IMG/VR virus record: IMGVR_UViG_3300018079_000007
Strand: one strand, 5' to 3'
From: a virus
DNA: 49,369 bases
Position 1 is the first letter of the stretch. Each line of letters begins with the position of its first letter. The notes under the pieces were generated by a model. That model searched no databases and was not told the origin of the DNA. It was given only the letters and a program-made list of their open reading frames with translations. Below are positions 41,961-49,369 of this stretch, in pieces. The translations under genes and the position numbers were made by a program.

Positions 41961-42879
41961 CCTGACCACCTTTGAGCGCAAGTTTGAATTAGCGGACGCC
42001 CGGCGCGTTGTCGGCGAACTGGCCGATTTGATCCGCCCGGCCTGCGCCCGGCTGGAGGTGTGTGGCAGCATTCGGCGCGGCACACCCACTGTCAAGGACG
42101 CGGACGTGGTGGCAATCGCTGAACATAATTTGCACACGATTCTTGATTCCCTCGCCGAAAACGGTACCGTTATTAAGGCTTTATATGGAAAAGAAGGCAA
42201 CCAAAGCACCCGCTGGGGGCCGAAGTACCGCAGTATGCTGTTTCAGGGAATTAAGATAGAACTGTGGCTGACAAGCGAAACCAGTTGGGGCTATATCAAA
42301 TGGCTGCGATCTGGCCCCAAAGAAGCCAATGAGTACATCATGGCCTACCTGATCTACAAACGCGCGCCGATTCATTTCGTGGACGGCGACGGCTGGTATT
42401 CGCCGGGCAACCTATGGCACAAGCCGAAAGACAAGTGGATCGCCGAGGACAAGGTGCAGCTTCACATCCCCGACGAAGACACCTTTTTTAGTTTACTCGG
42501 AATGCCGTATCTGCCGCCGAATGAACGGAGTGAGCAGAAATACAAGAACCTGATGGGCAACAACCGCGCTCACAGATGGCCGGATTACCCGCCGTTCGTG
42601 CTGAAAGCGCCGGAGATGGCGACGCTGGTGGATGCGCCGAGCAAAGCACCCGTGTTCGGCGCCAAGTTGAAGGCCGGTGAAATGAGCCGGATGAGTCCGC
42701 TGGCGGTGAATGAGACGACGGCAGCCGCCTGGACAGCGCAGGTGTACCGCGAAGCCTTGAAGCGCAGCGAGAGCCAGTTGCAACAGGCGCAGTTGATGAG
42801 CCGGACGTATCCGAGTTATGCCCGCCGCGCCGAAGCATTGGAGCGCGATCTGGTGATGATTAGGGGGTTGGCGGGATGA
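41953..42879 (+). CDS. Pol X (Pol beta-like) family nucleotidyltransferase, palm and thumb only, with a C-terminal extension, 308 aa
   Basis: GSIRRGTPTVKDADVV (GSxRRG...DxD) lies near the N-terminus. DEDTFFSLLGMPYLPPNERSE matches the Pol X thumb-end motif (LGLxYIxPExRE). Confidence 0.6.
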   Translation: MNNLTTFERKFELADARRVVGELADLIRPACARLEVCGSIRRGTPTVKDADVVAIAEHNLHTILDSLAENGTVIKALYGKEGNQSTRWGPKYRSMLFQGIKIELWLTSETSWGYIKWLRSGPKEANEYIMAYLIYKRAPIHFVDGDGWYSPGNLWHKPKDKWIAEDKVQLHIPDEDTFFSLLGMPYLPPNERSEQKYKNLMGNNRAHRWPDYPPFVLKAPEMATLVDAPSKAPVFGAKLKAGEMSRMSPLAVNETTAAAWTAQVYREALKRSESQLQQAQLMSRTYPSYARRAEALERDLVMIRGLAG

Positions 42880-43148
42880 CATTTGGATTAGATGTGAACG
42901 GCCATTCCAATTACGACGAGGGCAGCTATTGCGAAAACTGCGATCAGTCATTCGGGAGCGATGATTACGACATCGTGCCAGTAGATCAGTGGACGGAACA
43001 TTGCGCCTGCCCCCTGTGCGGACACGTAGACCCGCAGGTGATGTTTAGTGATTACTACTATGACTTAGGGCTGTATCTTCTGAGTATCGCAGATGATGAT
43101 TTCGCGTGGCCGGAGTATGTACTCTGTTTGCCGAAATATGAAGCCTAA
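42876..43148 (+). CDS. Zinc-ribbon hypothetical protein, 90 aa
   Basis: CENCDQ ... CPLCGH. ATGA overlap. Confidence 0.5.
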   Translation: MTFGLDVNGHSNYDEGSYCENCDQSFGSDDYDIVPVDQWTEHCACPLCGHVDPQVMFSDYYYDLGLYLLSIADDDFAWPEYVLCLPKYEA

Positions 43149-43267
43149 CCCAATATGGTTAACTTCCGGTTTGAGCGAGTCAAAAAGTTTGTGAAAAAGG
43201 TGAGCAAAGGCTTGTTTCCGGTTAGCAATCCGGCGACAATCGAATGAAGTATTATTACGGAGGGCTT

Positions 43268-43459
43268 ATGTCGCCCTATGCCGAGGTGGTGCTAACAAAA
43301 TTACGCGAGTTGCAGGCCCGACCAGAGAAGCCGGTGCGGGCCGGACTGCTGGCCGAATTGCTGGGGATTGCCCGGCGGACAGTCTGTAAATACCTGATCG
43401 AATTGGAAGCGCGCGGCCTGGTGGCAAAGGCGTCGCCGAAGCGCTGGTGTGTCGCCTAG
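43268..43459 (+). CDS. Winged-helix DNA-binding protein, 63 aa
   Basis: LLAELLGIARRTVCKYLIELEARGLV. The ATG at 43268 follows GGAGGG. Confidence 0.55.
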   Translation: MSPYAEVVLTKLRELQARPEKPVRAGLLAELLGIARRTVCKYLIELEARGLVAKASPKRWCVA

Positions 43460-43607
43460 ACTGCCCTGGGCAACCGAGGCAGTCTATTCAAATAAAGTTA
43501 TTGACGATGTGGGAATTTGTGTGGTATGCTTCCGGTTAACCACATTTTGTCTCCCTCAGACAAAAGTGTTCCCGCAATGCTGACACACTGCGGGAACGGC
43601 GGATCAC

Positions 43608-44099
43608 TTACTCAAAAGCTGTCCAGGTTGGCTCACTCTCTGACAAAGGGAGTGTTGCAACTTGCCGGTAATTCACCGTGTCCCAACTGCCGATCCGCTC
43701 AAAAACGGTCATGGTTTGACGCTCAAGGTCAAACACATATGCCCATTCTTGCCAGCTATCGGTTGTTTGGTCGATGTACGACTCGTTATGCTCTTCACCG
43801 GGACGATATTTGTAGGACAGCGGCGGCAATTTCTTATCCGCTTTATACCACGCACTCCTATCGTCAATCCACGTTGGCCGCAGATTCCAGTCGGCATCGA
43901 TAATGCTTGACCAACCCTGCGGATGGGCGTCGATCAGCATTTCGACCATAGCGGGAAGCAACCCTTCATAAAATTCGTGATAAAGTTGCCACAGTGCCTT
44001 TCCTAAACCGCTGGGATAACCATCAAAATGATGGTAAGTCCCGCGCCACTGGCCTAACTCCCGATTGGTATAGGCCGCTATCACTGCTCGCGTAGACAT
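43608..44099 (-). CDS. Hypothetical protein, 163 aa; the only minus-strand gene inside the rightward operon
   Basis: The ATG at 44099 follows AAAGGAG. Contains a YHHFDGYPSGLGKAL motif. Hairpins lie after the stop (43545..43597). Confidence 0.6.
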   Translation of the reverse strand: MSTRAVIAAYTNRELGQWRGTYHHFDGYPSGLGKALWQLYHEFYEGLLPAMVEMLIDAHPQGWSSIIDADWNLRPTWIDDRSAWYKADKKLPPLSYKYRPGEEHNESYIDQTTDSWQEWAYVFDLERQTMTVFERIGSWDTVNYRQVATLPLSESEPTWTAFE

Positions 44100-44248
44100 G
44101 TTTGCTCCTTTTCCTACGCTTTCGATTAGATATGTAAGGCTTCGTTTCTTTTCTTTCATCACCCTTTGTTGGTAGCGGGGTGGCGATCCCCGTCGTTCTC
44201 TATCTATTCAGTTGTCGTTTCAACCTTACAAATATAAGTATAAAGCAA

Positions 44249-44334
44249 GTCATATGACCTGTGTACCCTAAATACTAGGGGTTCAAGTCAGTTGACATGG
44301 ATTTATGTTTCATGATATATTCAAGTCAGTTGAC
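44249..44334. promoter_or_regulatory. Three CAAGTCA-NN-TGAC operator-like palindromes at 38-bp spacing (44249..44258, 44287..44296, 44325..44334), overlapping a candidate promoter
   Basis: The 18-bp direct repeat TTCAAGTCAGTTGACATG occurs at 44282..44299 and 44320..44337. Candidate promoter: TTGACA 44292..44297, TG at 44313..44314, -10 TATATT 44316..44321. Confidence 0.55.
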
Positions 44335-44352
44335 ATGAATAGAGGTGAAACA

Positions 44353-44796
44353 ATGGCAGTGCCTGGTGAGAACAGCCGCGACATCCCGCTGCGCGTGACG
44401 AAAGAAGGCGACGCGGCCATTGCCAGCGAGGCGGAGCGCTTAAAGACGGAAAAGAATGAAGTGATTCGGATGGCGCTGCGCGACTATTTTAAGAATCGGG
44501 GTCAGGTAATCGAGTTTTCGCCGATGCGAGGAGGCAAGCGAACCCGTATGACTGAGCAGCAAACTTTTGAACGAGTTATCCGCCGCATCCAGGCGTTAGG
44601 ACTGCCTGAACCCCAGGTAGAATACCGACTGCGCCACAAAACCTACGACCTGGCCTGGCCGGATCAATATGTCGCCGTCGAGGTATCGCAGCGGCGACGC
44701 CCGGCGGACACCAATGACTGGACAGTGGGGTACATCAAGCCGACGATGGATGACGGGCAAATTGATAAAGTGTTGAAGGCGCTGCCGCTGTCATAA
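44353..44796 (+). CDS. Ribbon-helix-helix (CopG/Arc-like) regulator fused to a restriction-endonuclease-like (Vsr/DUF559-like) domain, 147 aa
   Basis: The N-terminus IPLRVTKEGDAAIASEAERLKTEKNEVIRMALRDYF fits an RHH pattern. The C-terminal PEPQVEYRLRHKTYDLAWPDQYVAVEV resembles PD-(D/E)xK-type domains. The domain call is tentative. Confidence 0.45.
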   Translation: MAVPGENSRDIPLRVTKEGDAAIASEAERLKTEKNEVIRMALRDYFKNRGQVIEFSPMRGGKRTRMTEQQTFERVIRRIQALGLPEPQVEYRLRHKTYDLAWPDQYVAVEVSQRRRPADTNDWTVGYIKPTMDDGQIDKVLKALPLS

Positions 44797-44870
44797 CCCC
44801 ATGCCCATCCTGGATTAGAACACCTGTACACTAAATGTATGGGTGTTTTTAATTGGAGGAGCGGCAGCCG

Positions 44871-45053
44871 ATGACGTGGGATTTGCAGAAGTTCGATTAT
44901 AAAAGTTACCGGGACGAGTTCACGAAACTGAAGACCAAGACCAGCTTCCAACTGGCGCTGGAGCGGGCTGAACAAACGAAGGCGACCAAGTGGGCGGCCT
45001 ATAAGCAGAATTATGAACGGCAGTACGGCGTGCCGCATGTTCACGCCAACTGA
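44871..45053 (+). CDS. Hypothetical protein, 60 aa
   Basis: The ATG at 44871 follows GGAGGAG. Confidence 0.5.
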   Translation: MTWDLQKFDYKSYRDEFTKLKTKTSFQLALERAEQTKATKWAAYKQNYERQYGVPHVHAN

Positions 45054-45059
45054 GACATT

Positions 45060-45121
45060 TGTGCTATAATTTGTTACATGAAGTGAGCGCGGCTCCCGAT
45101 GGGGCGGCGCTTTTTTGTTTT
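45060..45121 (+). promoter_or_regulatory. Cassette E: TGTGCTATAAT (45060..45070), hairpin (45087..45110, one mismatch), T-run 45111..45121
   Basis: Read from the sequence. It lies immediately upstream of the small terminase gene. Confidence 0.55.
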
Positions 45122-45132
45122 GGGCGGGTGGT

Positions 45133-45660
45133 ATGGCAAGTAAGCGAGAACTGGCGTTTATCCTTTATTACACCGGTGAAGCACGGTTCAATGGCGCTGA
45201 AGCGGCACGCCTGGCGGGCTACGCTGAGGAATCGGCACGGCAGACGGCCCATAAATTACTGACAAAGGATTACATCCAGGCGGCAGTCAAGGAACGTTTT
45301 GCCGAATTGACGATGAGTGCCGACGAAGTGCTGATCCGATTGACCGAACACGGACGCAGCGACCTGGGCAAGTTCATTGAGTTGACATCAGAGCAAATTG
45401 CCGCACACCCTGAGACGCGGCTGATTCAGGAGTTTGATCGTGAGATCATTAGTGCGGGTGGGGTTAAGCAGGAACGCATCAAACTCAAGCTCTACAGCGC
45501 CCAGGCGGCCCTGCTGCAGCTGTGGAAACATCACCAACTGGCCCAGGGCAAAACAACCGAAAGTGTGGAGGTAGTCGATGCAAAAGAGCGATTGGCACAG
45601 CTCCTCGCTCGTCAGTCTGGACGCGCAGCGCCGGGCGATGATCCTGGCGCAATTGAGTGA
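45133..45660 (+). CDS. terS: Terminase small subunit
   Basis: N-terminal ELAFILYYTGEARFNGAEAARLAGYAEESARQTAHKLL is typical of P27-type small terminases. It lies directly upstream of the large subunit. Confidence 0.75.
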   Translation: MASKRELAFILYYTGEARFNGAEAARLAGYAEESARQTAHKLLTKDYIQAAVKERFAELTMSADEVLIRLTEHGRSDLGKFIELTSEQIAAHPETRLIQEFDREIISAGGVKQERIKLKLYSAQAALLQLWKHHQLAQGKTTESVEVVDAKERLAQLLARQSGRAAPGDDPGAIE

Positions 45661-46933
45661 AGATGAGGCGCAGTCCCTGCTGTATGACTGGCCGTTCTGG
45701 GCGCGCAATAAGCAGCTCCCGCCGGAAGGCGATTGGTTCGGCTGGCTCATCCTGGCCGGGCGTGGCTTCGGCAAAACCCGAACCGGAGCGGAATGGGTGA
45801 TCGACCAGGTGAAGTGTCATGGACGGCGGCGGATCGCGCTGGTGGCGCGGACGGCTGCCGATGTCCGGGATGTCATGGTCGAAGGCGAGAGCGGCATCCT
45901 GGCGGTCAGCCCGCCCAGGTTTATGCCCAAGTACGAGCCGTCGAAACGCCGTTTGACCTGGCCCAACGGTGCGATGGCGACGACCTACAGCGGCGATAAA
46001 CCGGATCAACTGCGTGGGCCGCAGCATGATGGCGCTTGGTTGGATGAGCTGGCCGCTTGGCGTTACACCGAGTCCTTTGATCAGGTGATGTTCGGTCTGC
46101 GGCTGGGCGATAACCCGCAGTGGGTAGGAACCACCACCCCCCGGCCAACCAAGCTGATCCGGGAGCTGCTGAAGGATCGCAGTGTCCGGGTCACACGCGG
46201 CAGTATGCAGGAGAATCGCGCCAACCTGGCCGCACAAACGATTGTGCAACTGGAGAAGAAATACGCCGGGACGCGCTTGGGGCGGCAAGAGTTAGCCGGG
46301 GCGGTGCTGGATGATGTGCCGGGGGCGCTGTGGACACATACCATCATCGACGACAAGCGGGTGACGAGCCACCCGGATTTGAAACGCATCGTCGTCGCCA
46401 TCGATCCCTCGACGACCAGCGAAGAAGAATCGGCAGAGGCCGGGATCGTGGTAGCGGGAGTGAGTGTGGATGGACACGGCTATGTGCTGGATGATCTGTC
46501 GCTGCGAGACACCCCAGCGCGCTGGGCATTGGAAGCGATTACCGGTTTCCATAAATTTGAGGCAGACCGGATTATCGGCGAGGCGAATAACGGCGGCGAC
46601 ATGATCGAACAGGTACTCCGAAGTGTGCTGGCGAAGGGTGAGCGGATGCCGCCTTACAACAAAGTTCATGCCAGTCGGGGCAAGCTGACGCGGGCCGAGC
46701 CGGTGAGCGCTTTGTATGAACAGGGTATGGTGCATCATGTCGGCAACTTCGCCGAACTAGAAGACCAGATGTGTACCTGGCTGCCGGGTGAAACCTCGCC
46801 GGATCGCATGGATGCGCTGGTATGGGCGCTGACCGAACTCATGGTCGATGGCAGCAAAACCAGCCTGGCGCGCAGCAAAGCAAAGGGATTGTATCCAGAG
46901 CGGCAGGGACGCAAGCCGAGAGGGAAACGTTAA
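45578..46933 (+). CDS. terL: Terminase large subunit
   Basis: Walker A LAGRGFGKTRTG. Its size and its position upstream of the portal fit terL. An alternative start is at 45638. Confidence 0.9.
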   Translation: MQKSDWHSSSLVSLDAQRRAMILAQLSEDEAQSLLYDWPFWARNKQLPPEGDWFGWLILAGRGFGKTRTGAEWVIDQVKCHGRRRIALVARTAADVRDVMVEGESGILAVSPPRFMPKYEPSKRRLTWPNGAMATTYSGDKPDQLRGPQHDGAWLDELAAWRYTESFDQVMFGLRLGDNPQWVGTTTPRPTKLIRELLKDRSVRVTRGSMQENRANLAAQTIVQLEKKYAGTRLGRQELAGAVLDDVPGALWTHTIIDDKRVTSHPDLKRIVVAIDPSTTSEEESAEAGIVVAGVSVDGHGYVLDDLSLRDTPARWALEAITGFHKFEADRIIGEANNGGDMIEQVLRSVLAKGERMPPYNKVHASRGKLTRAEPVSALYEQGMVHHVGNFAELEDQMCTWLPGETSPDRMDALVWALTELMVDGSKTSLARSKAKGLYPERQGRKPRGKR

Positions 46934-48438
46934 TGGTACACAAGCGAAACCGGCGTCTCCAGGTGCGACGACGCAGCCCGGCCAAAACGGTCAGCGGCAC
47001 GCTGCAAGCCGTCCCGCCGGATGCTCTGGTGAGCGAGATCATCGGGCGCACGACCACGCCCTACAACCGGGCCGTCGCCTGGCGTAAAACCGTCGACGAA
47101 ACCCGCCCCGAATATGATTTCTGGTCACGGTTGCCGCGCGGTAAAGAGTTGGGCTATGAACTCGGCGGCCTGTTCTGCAAACGTATCGCCGAGATTGACG
47201 CTGAGTGGATGCTGGGCGACGGCTTCGGCATCGACAGCGACAATATGGACGTGGATGAACAGGTGAGCGAGCTGGTCGATGACGAACTCGACACCCTGAT
47301 GACCTGGCGCAAGGATTCGAGCCGCTTGGGTGATTCGTATCTCATCGTCAACCCGGACGGCTCGCTGTCGATGGCCTCGCCGGACACGGTTGAAATCCTG
47401 AAGGACGACCTGGATTACACCAACATCCTGGGCTATCGCATCACCACCGTGCTGGACAAGGCGACGGTCATCGACGAATACCGGCTGGATGGCCGCACTA
47501 TCACCTTCCAGGTGACGAGCGGCACCAAGCTGTTTGGCACCGATACCGTCATCACCTCGCAGTCGTTCCACTTCGCCAACCTGATCGGTATGCTGCCGGT
47601 GATTCACCTGCCCAACGACAAAGAGAGCAACGAACTCTACGGCCATCCGATGTACGAGGCGCTGCTGACCCTGTTTGGCCGCTATGACGATGTGATCCAG
47701 AAGACCGCCGACGGCGTCGAGATCATGGGCAGGCCGATCCCGGTGGCCGAGGGCCTGGACGACCCAGAAGAAGCCCAGCGCGTCAACAGCACCCGCACCG
47801 AGACCGTGCGCGACAAGGCCGGTATCGACCACGAAGTGCCGGTGACCGATTTTGAAGATTTGACCATGCTCTGGTTGGGGCAAGGCGGCAGCTTTAAGTT
47901 TGCTTCACCCAACCCCTTCAGCGAAGACAGCCTGAACGTCCTCAAGATGTACTTCTATCTGATGAGCGAACATACCGGCATTCCGGTGTGGGCCTGGGGC
48001 GTGGAAGTGGCCGGGGGCATTGGCGGCGACAGTGTGACGGCGCAGATGCCCGCTTTCATCCGTTACCTGAAGGGGCGGCGGACGCAGACCCAGAAAGCGG
48101 TCAAGCAACTGGTGAAGGTGTGGCTGGCGACCAAACGCCTGATCGAGCCGCTGGCCGCCGTCGAGCGTTTCAAAATCCTGTGGCCGGAACTAGAGAAACA
48201 GAACGGCGAACTGGAACTCAAGAAAATCCAGCAGGCCAGCCTGGACGGCTTGCTGACCAAAGAGACCGAACTGCGACTGCTCGACTTGGTGGACGACCCG
48301 GCAGCCGAGGTGCAGGCGGCCCAGGCCGAAGCCGAAACCGAACAGGAGCAGGAAGATGCGCGGCTGGACGCGGAAATTGAGCGTATGAAGGCCGAAGGGT
48401 TAGAGCCGAAACCGGATAATGAAGGAGCATTTGCATGA
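46933..48438 (+). CDS. Portal protein (SPP1 gp6-like), 501 aa
   Basis: The ATG overlaps the terL stop (TAATG). Size and position fit a portal, and the C-terminus is acidic. Confidence 0.8.
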   Translation: MVHKRNRRLQVRRRSPAKTVSGTLQAVPPDALVSEIIGRTTTPYNRAVAWRKTVDETRPEYDFWSRLPRGKELGYELGGLFCKRIAEIDAEWMLGDGFGIDSDNMDVDEQVSELVDDELDTLMTWRKDSSRLGDSYLIVNPDGSLSMASPDTVEILKDDLDYTNILGYRITTVLDKATVIDEYRLDGRTITFQVTSGTKLFGTDTVITSQSFHFANLIGMLPVIHLPNDKESNELYGHPMYEALLTLFGRYDDVIQKTADGVEIMGRPIPVAEGLDDPEEAQRVNSTRTETVRDKAGIDHEVPVTDFEDLTMLWLGQGGSFKFASPNPFSEDSLNVLKMYFYLMSEHTGIPVWAWGVEVAGGIGGDSVTAQMPAFIRYLKGRRTQTQKAVKQLVKVWLATKRLIEPLAAVERFKILWPELEKQNGELELKKIQQASLDGLLTKETELRLLDLVDDPAAEVQAAQAEAETEQEQEDARLDAEIERMKAEGLEPKPDNEGAFA

Positions 48439-48674
48439 ACCCCGGATATGAAATGTGGACACTCGAAGAACTGGAAGCGGAGAACCAACGCCTGTTAGCA
48501 GCCATTCAGGAGATCAAGACTGAACAGGACGAACTGTTACCCTATTTGGATGCAGCTTGGGTCACACGGAACGCGGAAGAAGCGGCGAAGGCTGATCCCC
48601 GGCTGACGCAAAGCATAGGACGCGACGTGACCGCGTATTTTGATGACGAAGAGGGAGGCCAGGAGAATGGCTAA
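48435..48674 (+). CDS. Hypothetical protein, 79 aa
   Basis: ATGA overlap with the portal stop. Confidence 0.5.
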   Translation: MNPGYEMWTLEELEAENQRLLAAIQEIKTEQDELLPYLDAAWVTRNAEEAAKADPRLTQSIGRDVTAYFDDEEGGQENG

Positions 48675-49074
48675 CGGTTTGTACGACGCAGGCAGGGAAG
48701 GCTTTTTAGGCGGCGACATCGATTGGGATGCCAATACGATTAAAGTCGCCCTGATCGACGCCGCCGATTACACTCGCAATCTGGCGACGCACAACTTTTG
48801 GGACGATGTACCCGGCGCGGCGCGGGTGGCCGTTTCGGGCGCGCTGACCGGCAAAACCAAAGTGGGCGGCACAGCCGACGCTGACGATGTTACCTGGTCA
48901 AGCGTGACCGGCGACGTGTCGGAAGAAGTGGTGTGTTTTAGCGATACGGGCGGCGCGGATTCGACTGACCCGCTCATTTTCGATATGGACACCTTTTCCA
49001 GCGGGATGCCGGTCACACCCAACGGTGGCAACATTAACTTCGTCCCGAATGCCAGCGGGTTATTTAAACTATGA
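48667..49074 (+). CDS. Hypothetical protein, 135 aa
   Basis: The ATG at 48667 follows GGAGG...GGAG. The ORF-track start at 48640 is an alternative. Confidence 0.5.
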   Translation: MANGLYDAGREGFLGGDIDWDANTIKVALIDAADYTRNLATHNFWDDVPGAARVAVSGALTGKTKVGGTADADDVTWSSVTGDVSEEVVCFSDTGGADSTDPLIFDMDTFSSGMPVTPNGGNINFVPNASGLFKL

Positions 49075-49369
49075 CGCCGACTATTTTAGTCCCGCGCCAG
49101 CGCGAAGGTCAGGTGCGCCGCGAAGGGGCAAAGGTGCAAATCATCCTGGAGGGTCGGCTGCTGATGCAGCTTTCCTGGGAAAGCGCCCTGGCGCTGGCGA
49201 AGGAACTGCATCATGTGGCGAAGCTGGCCGAAGAGGAAGCCAACGCCGAAACCATCATTATAGATCAGGCGATTTTGCAACGTTCAGGTTTCCCGATTGG
49301 TCTCGTGACCCGCAGAGACATGGCGTTGCTGGCCGCCAACGAAGCCGCCTGGAACACAAAGCTGCGCCG
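49071..49369 (+). CDS. 5' part of a hypothetical protein gene that continues at 124..199 after the repeat is collapsed
   Basis: ATGA overlap at 49071. The ORF is open to the end of the window. Confidence 0.55.
   Translation, partial: MTPTILVPRQREGQVRREGAKVQIILEGRLLMQLSWESALALAKELHHVAKLAEEEANAETIIIDQAILQRSGFPIGLVTRRDMALLAANEAAWNTKLR
49247..49369 (+). repeat. Terminal direct repeat, copy 2 (identical to 1..123)
   Basis: Base-by-base comparison of both ends shows a 123/123 match. Confidence 0.95.

Larger units (their letters stand above)
1..49369. mobile_element. Complete, circularly closed genome (about 49,246 bp unique) of a temperate tailed phage with siphovirus-like module order
   Basis: Terminase, portal, capsid, tail tube, tape measure, lysis, integrase, HTH regulator and recombination genes are all present. 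The two ends are identical over 123 bp and an ORF is continuous across the junction. Confidence 0.85.

Noticed and set aside
43517-43903. A 128-aa plus-strand ORF overlapping the 3' half of the minus-strand gene 43608..44099.
   Set aside because: It has a GTG start inside a promoter-like element, no RBS and a translation without protein-like features. The opposite-strand gene has a strong RBS and terminators.

Overview
The window is a complete tailed-phage genome of about 49.2 kb, assembled as a circle. Bases 1..123 are identical to 49247..49369, and an ORF reads straight across that junction. The gene order fits a temperate siphovirus-like phage.

Late genes, plus strand: small and large terminase (45133..46933) and portal (46933..48438). 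An accessory block then crosses the junction (48435..3673). It includes an AT-rich 714-aa gene and a 23-aa tandem-repeat protein. Next come an SPP1 gp7-like minor head protein, a protease/scaffold candidate, a decoration-like protein and the major capsid protein. A three-gene sugar-modification cluster follows (GT4-like, GT2-like, SDR epimerase/dehydratase), then the head-tail joining genes. The tail tube and chaperone genes are bracketed by two free-standing homing endonuclease genes (GIY-YIG/NUMOD3 and HNH). After them come the tape measure, distal tail and fibre genes, and a lysis cassette ending at a bidirectional terminator (26023..26053).

Early genes, minus strand 26059..33048: a C5 cytosine methyltransferase, a Rad52-like annealing protein, two paralogous excisionase-type HTH proteins and a 566-aa repeat/zinc-finger protein. 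This operon starts at a divergent promoter region (33123..33225) shared with an XRE-type regulator.

Lysogeny and middle genes: a secreted SH3/Excalibur moron and a tyrosine integrase, then a plus-strand operon. That operon encodes a winged-helix initiator-like protein, an Flp-pilin-like membrane protein, a ParA/ParB-like pair, an HNH protein, a minimal Pol X-like nucleotidyltransferase and an RHH-nuclease-like regulator.

The most striking non-genic signal is a dispersed family of roughly 60-80 bp cassettes at the late-module boundaries. Each has an extended -10 promoter motif TGTGCTAYAAT followed by a conserved GC-rich hairpin and a T-run. The two unrelated homing endonuclease genes also share a conserved leader whose hairpin shows compensatory stem changes.

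I saw no rRNA, no complete tRNA and no CRISPR array. Product calls rest on motifs read by eye and on gene order, not on database searches.
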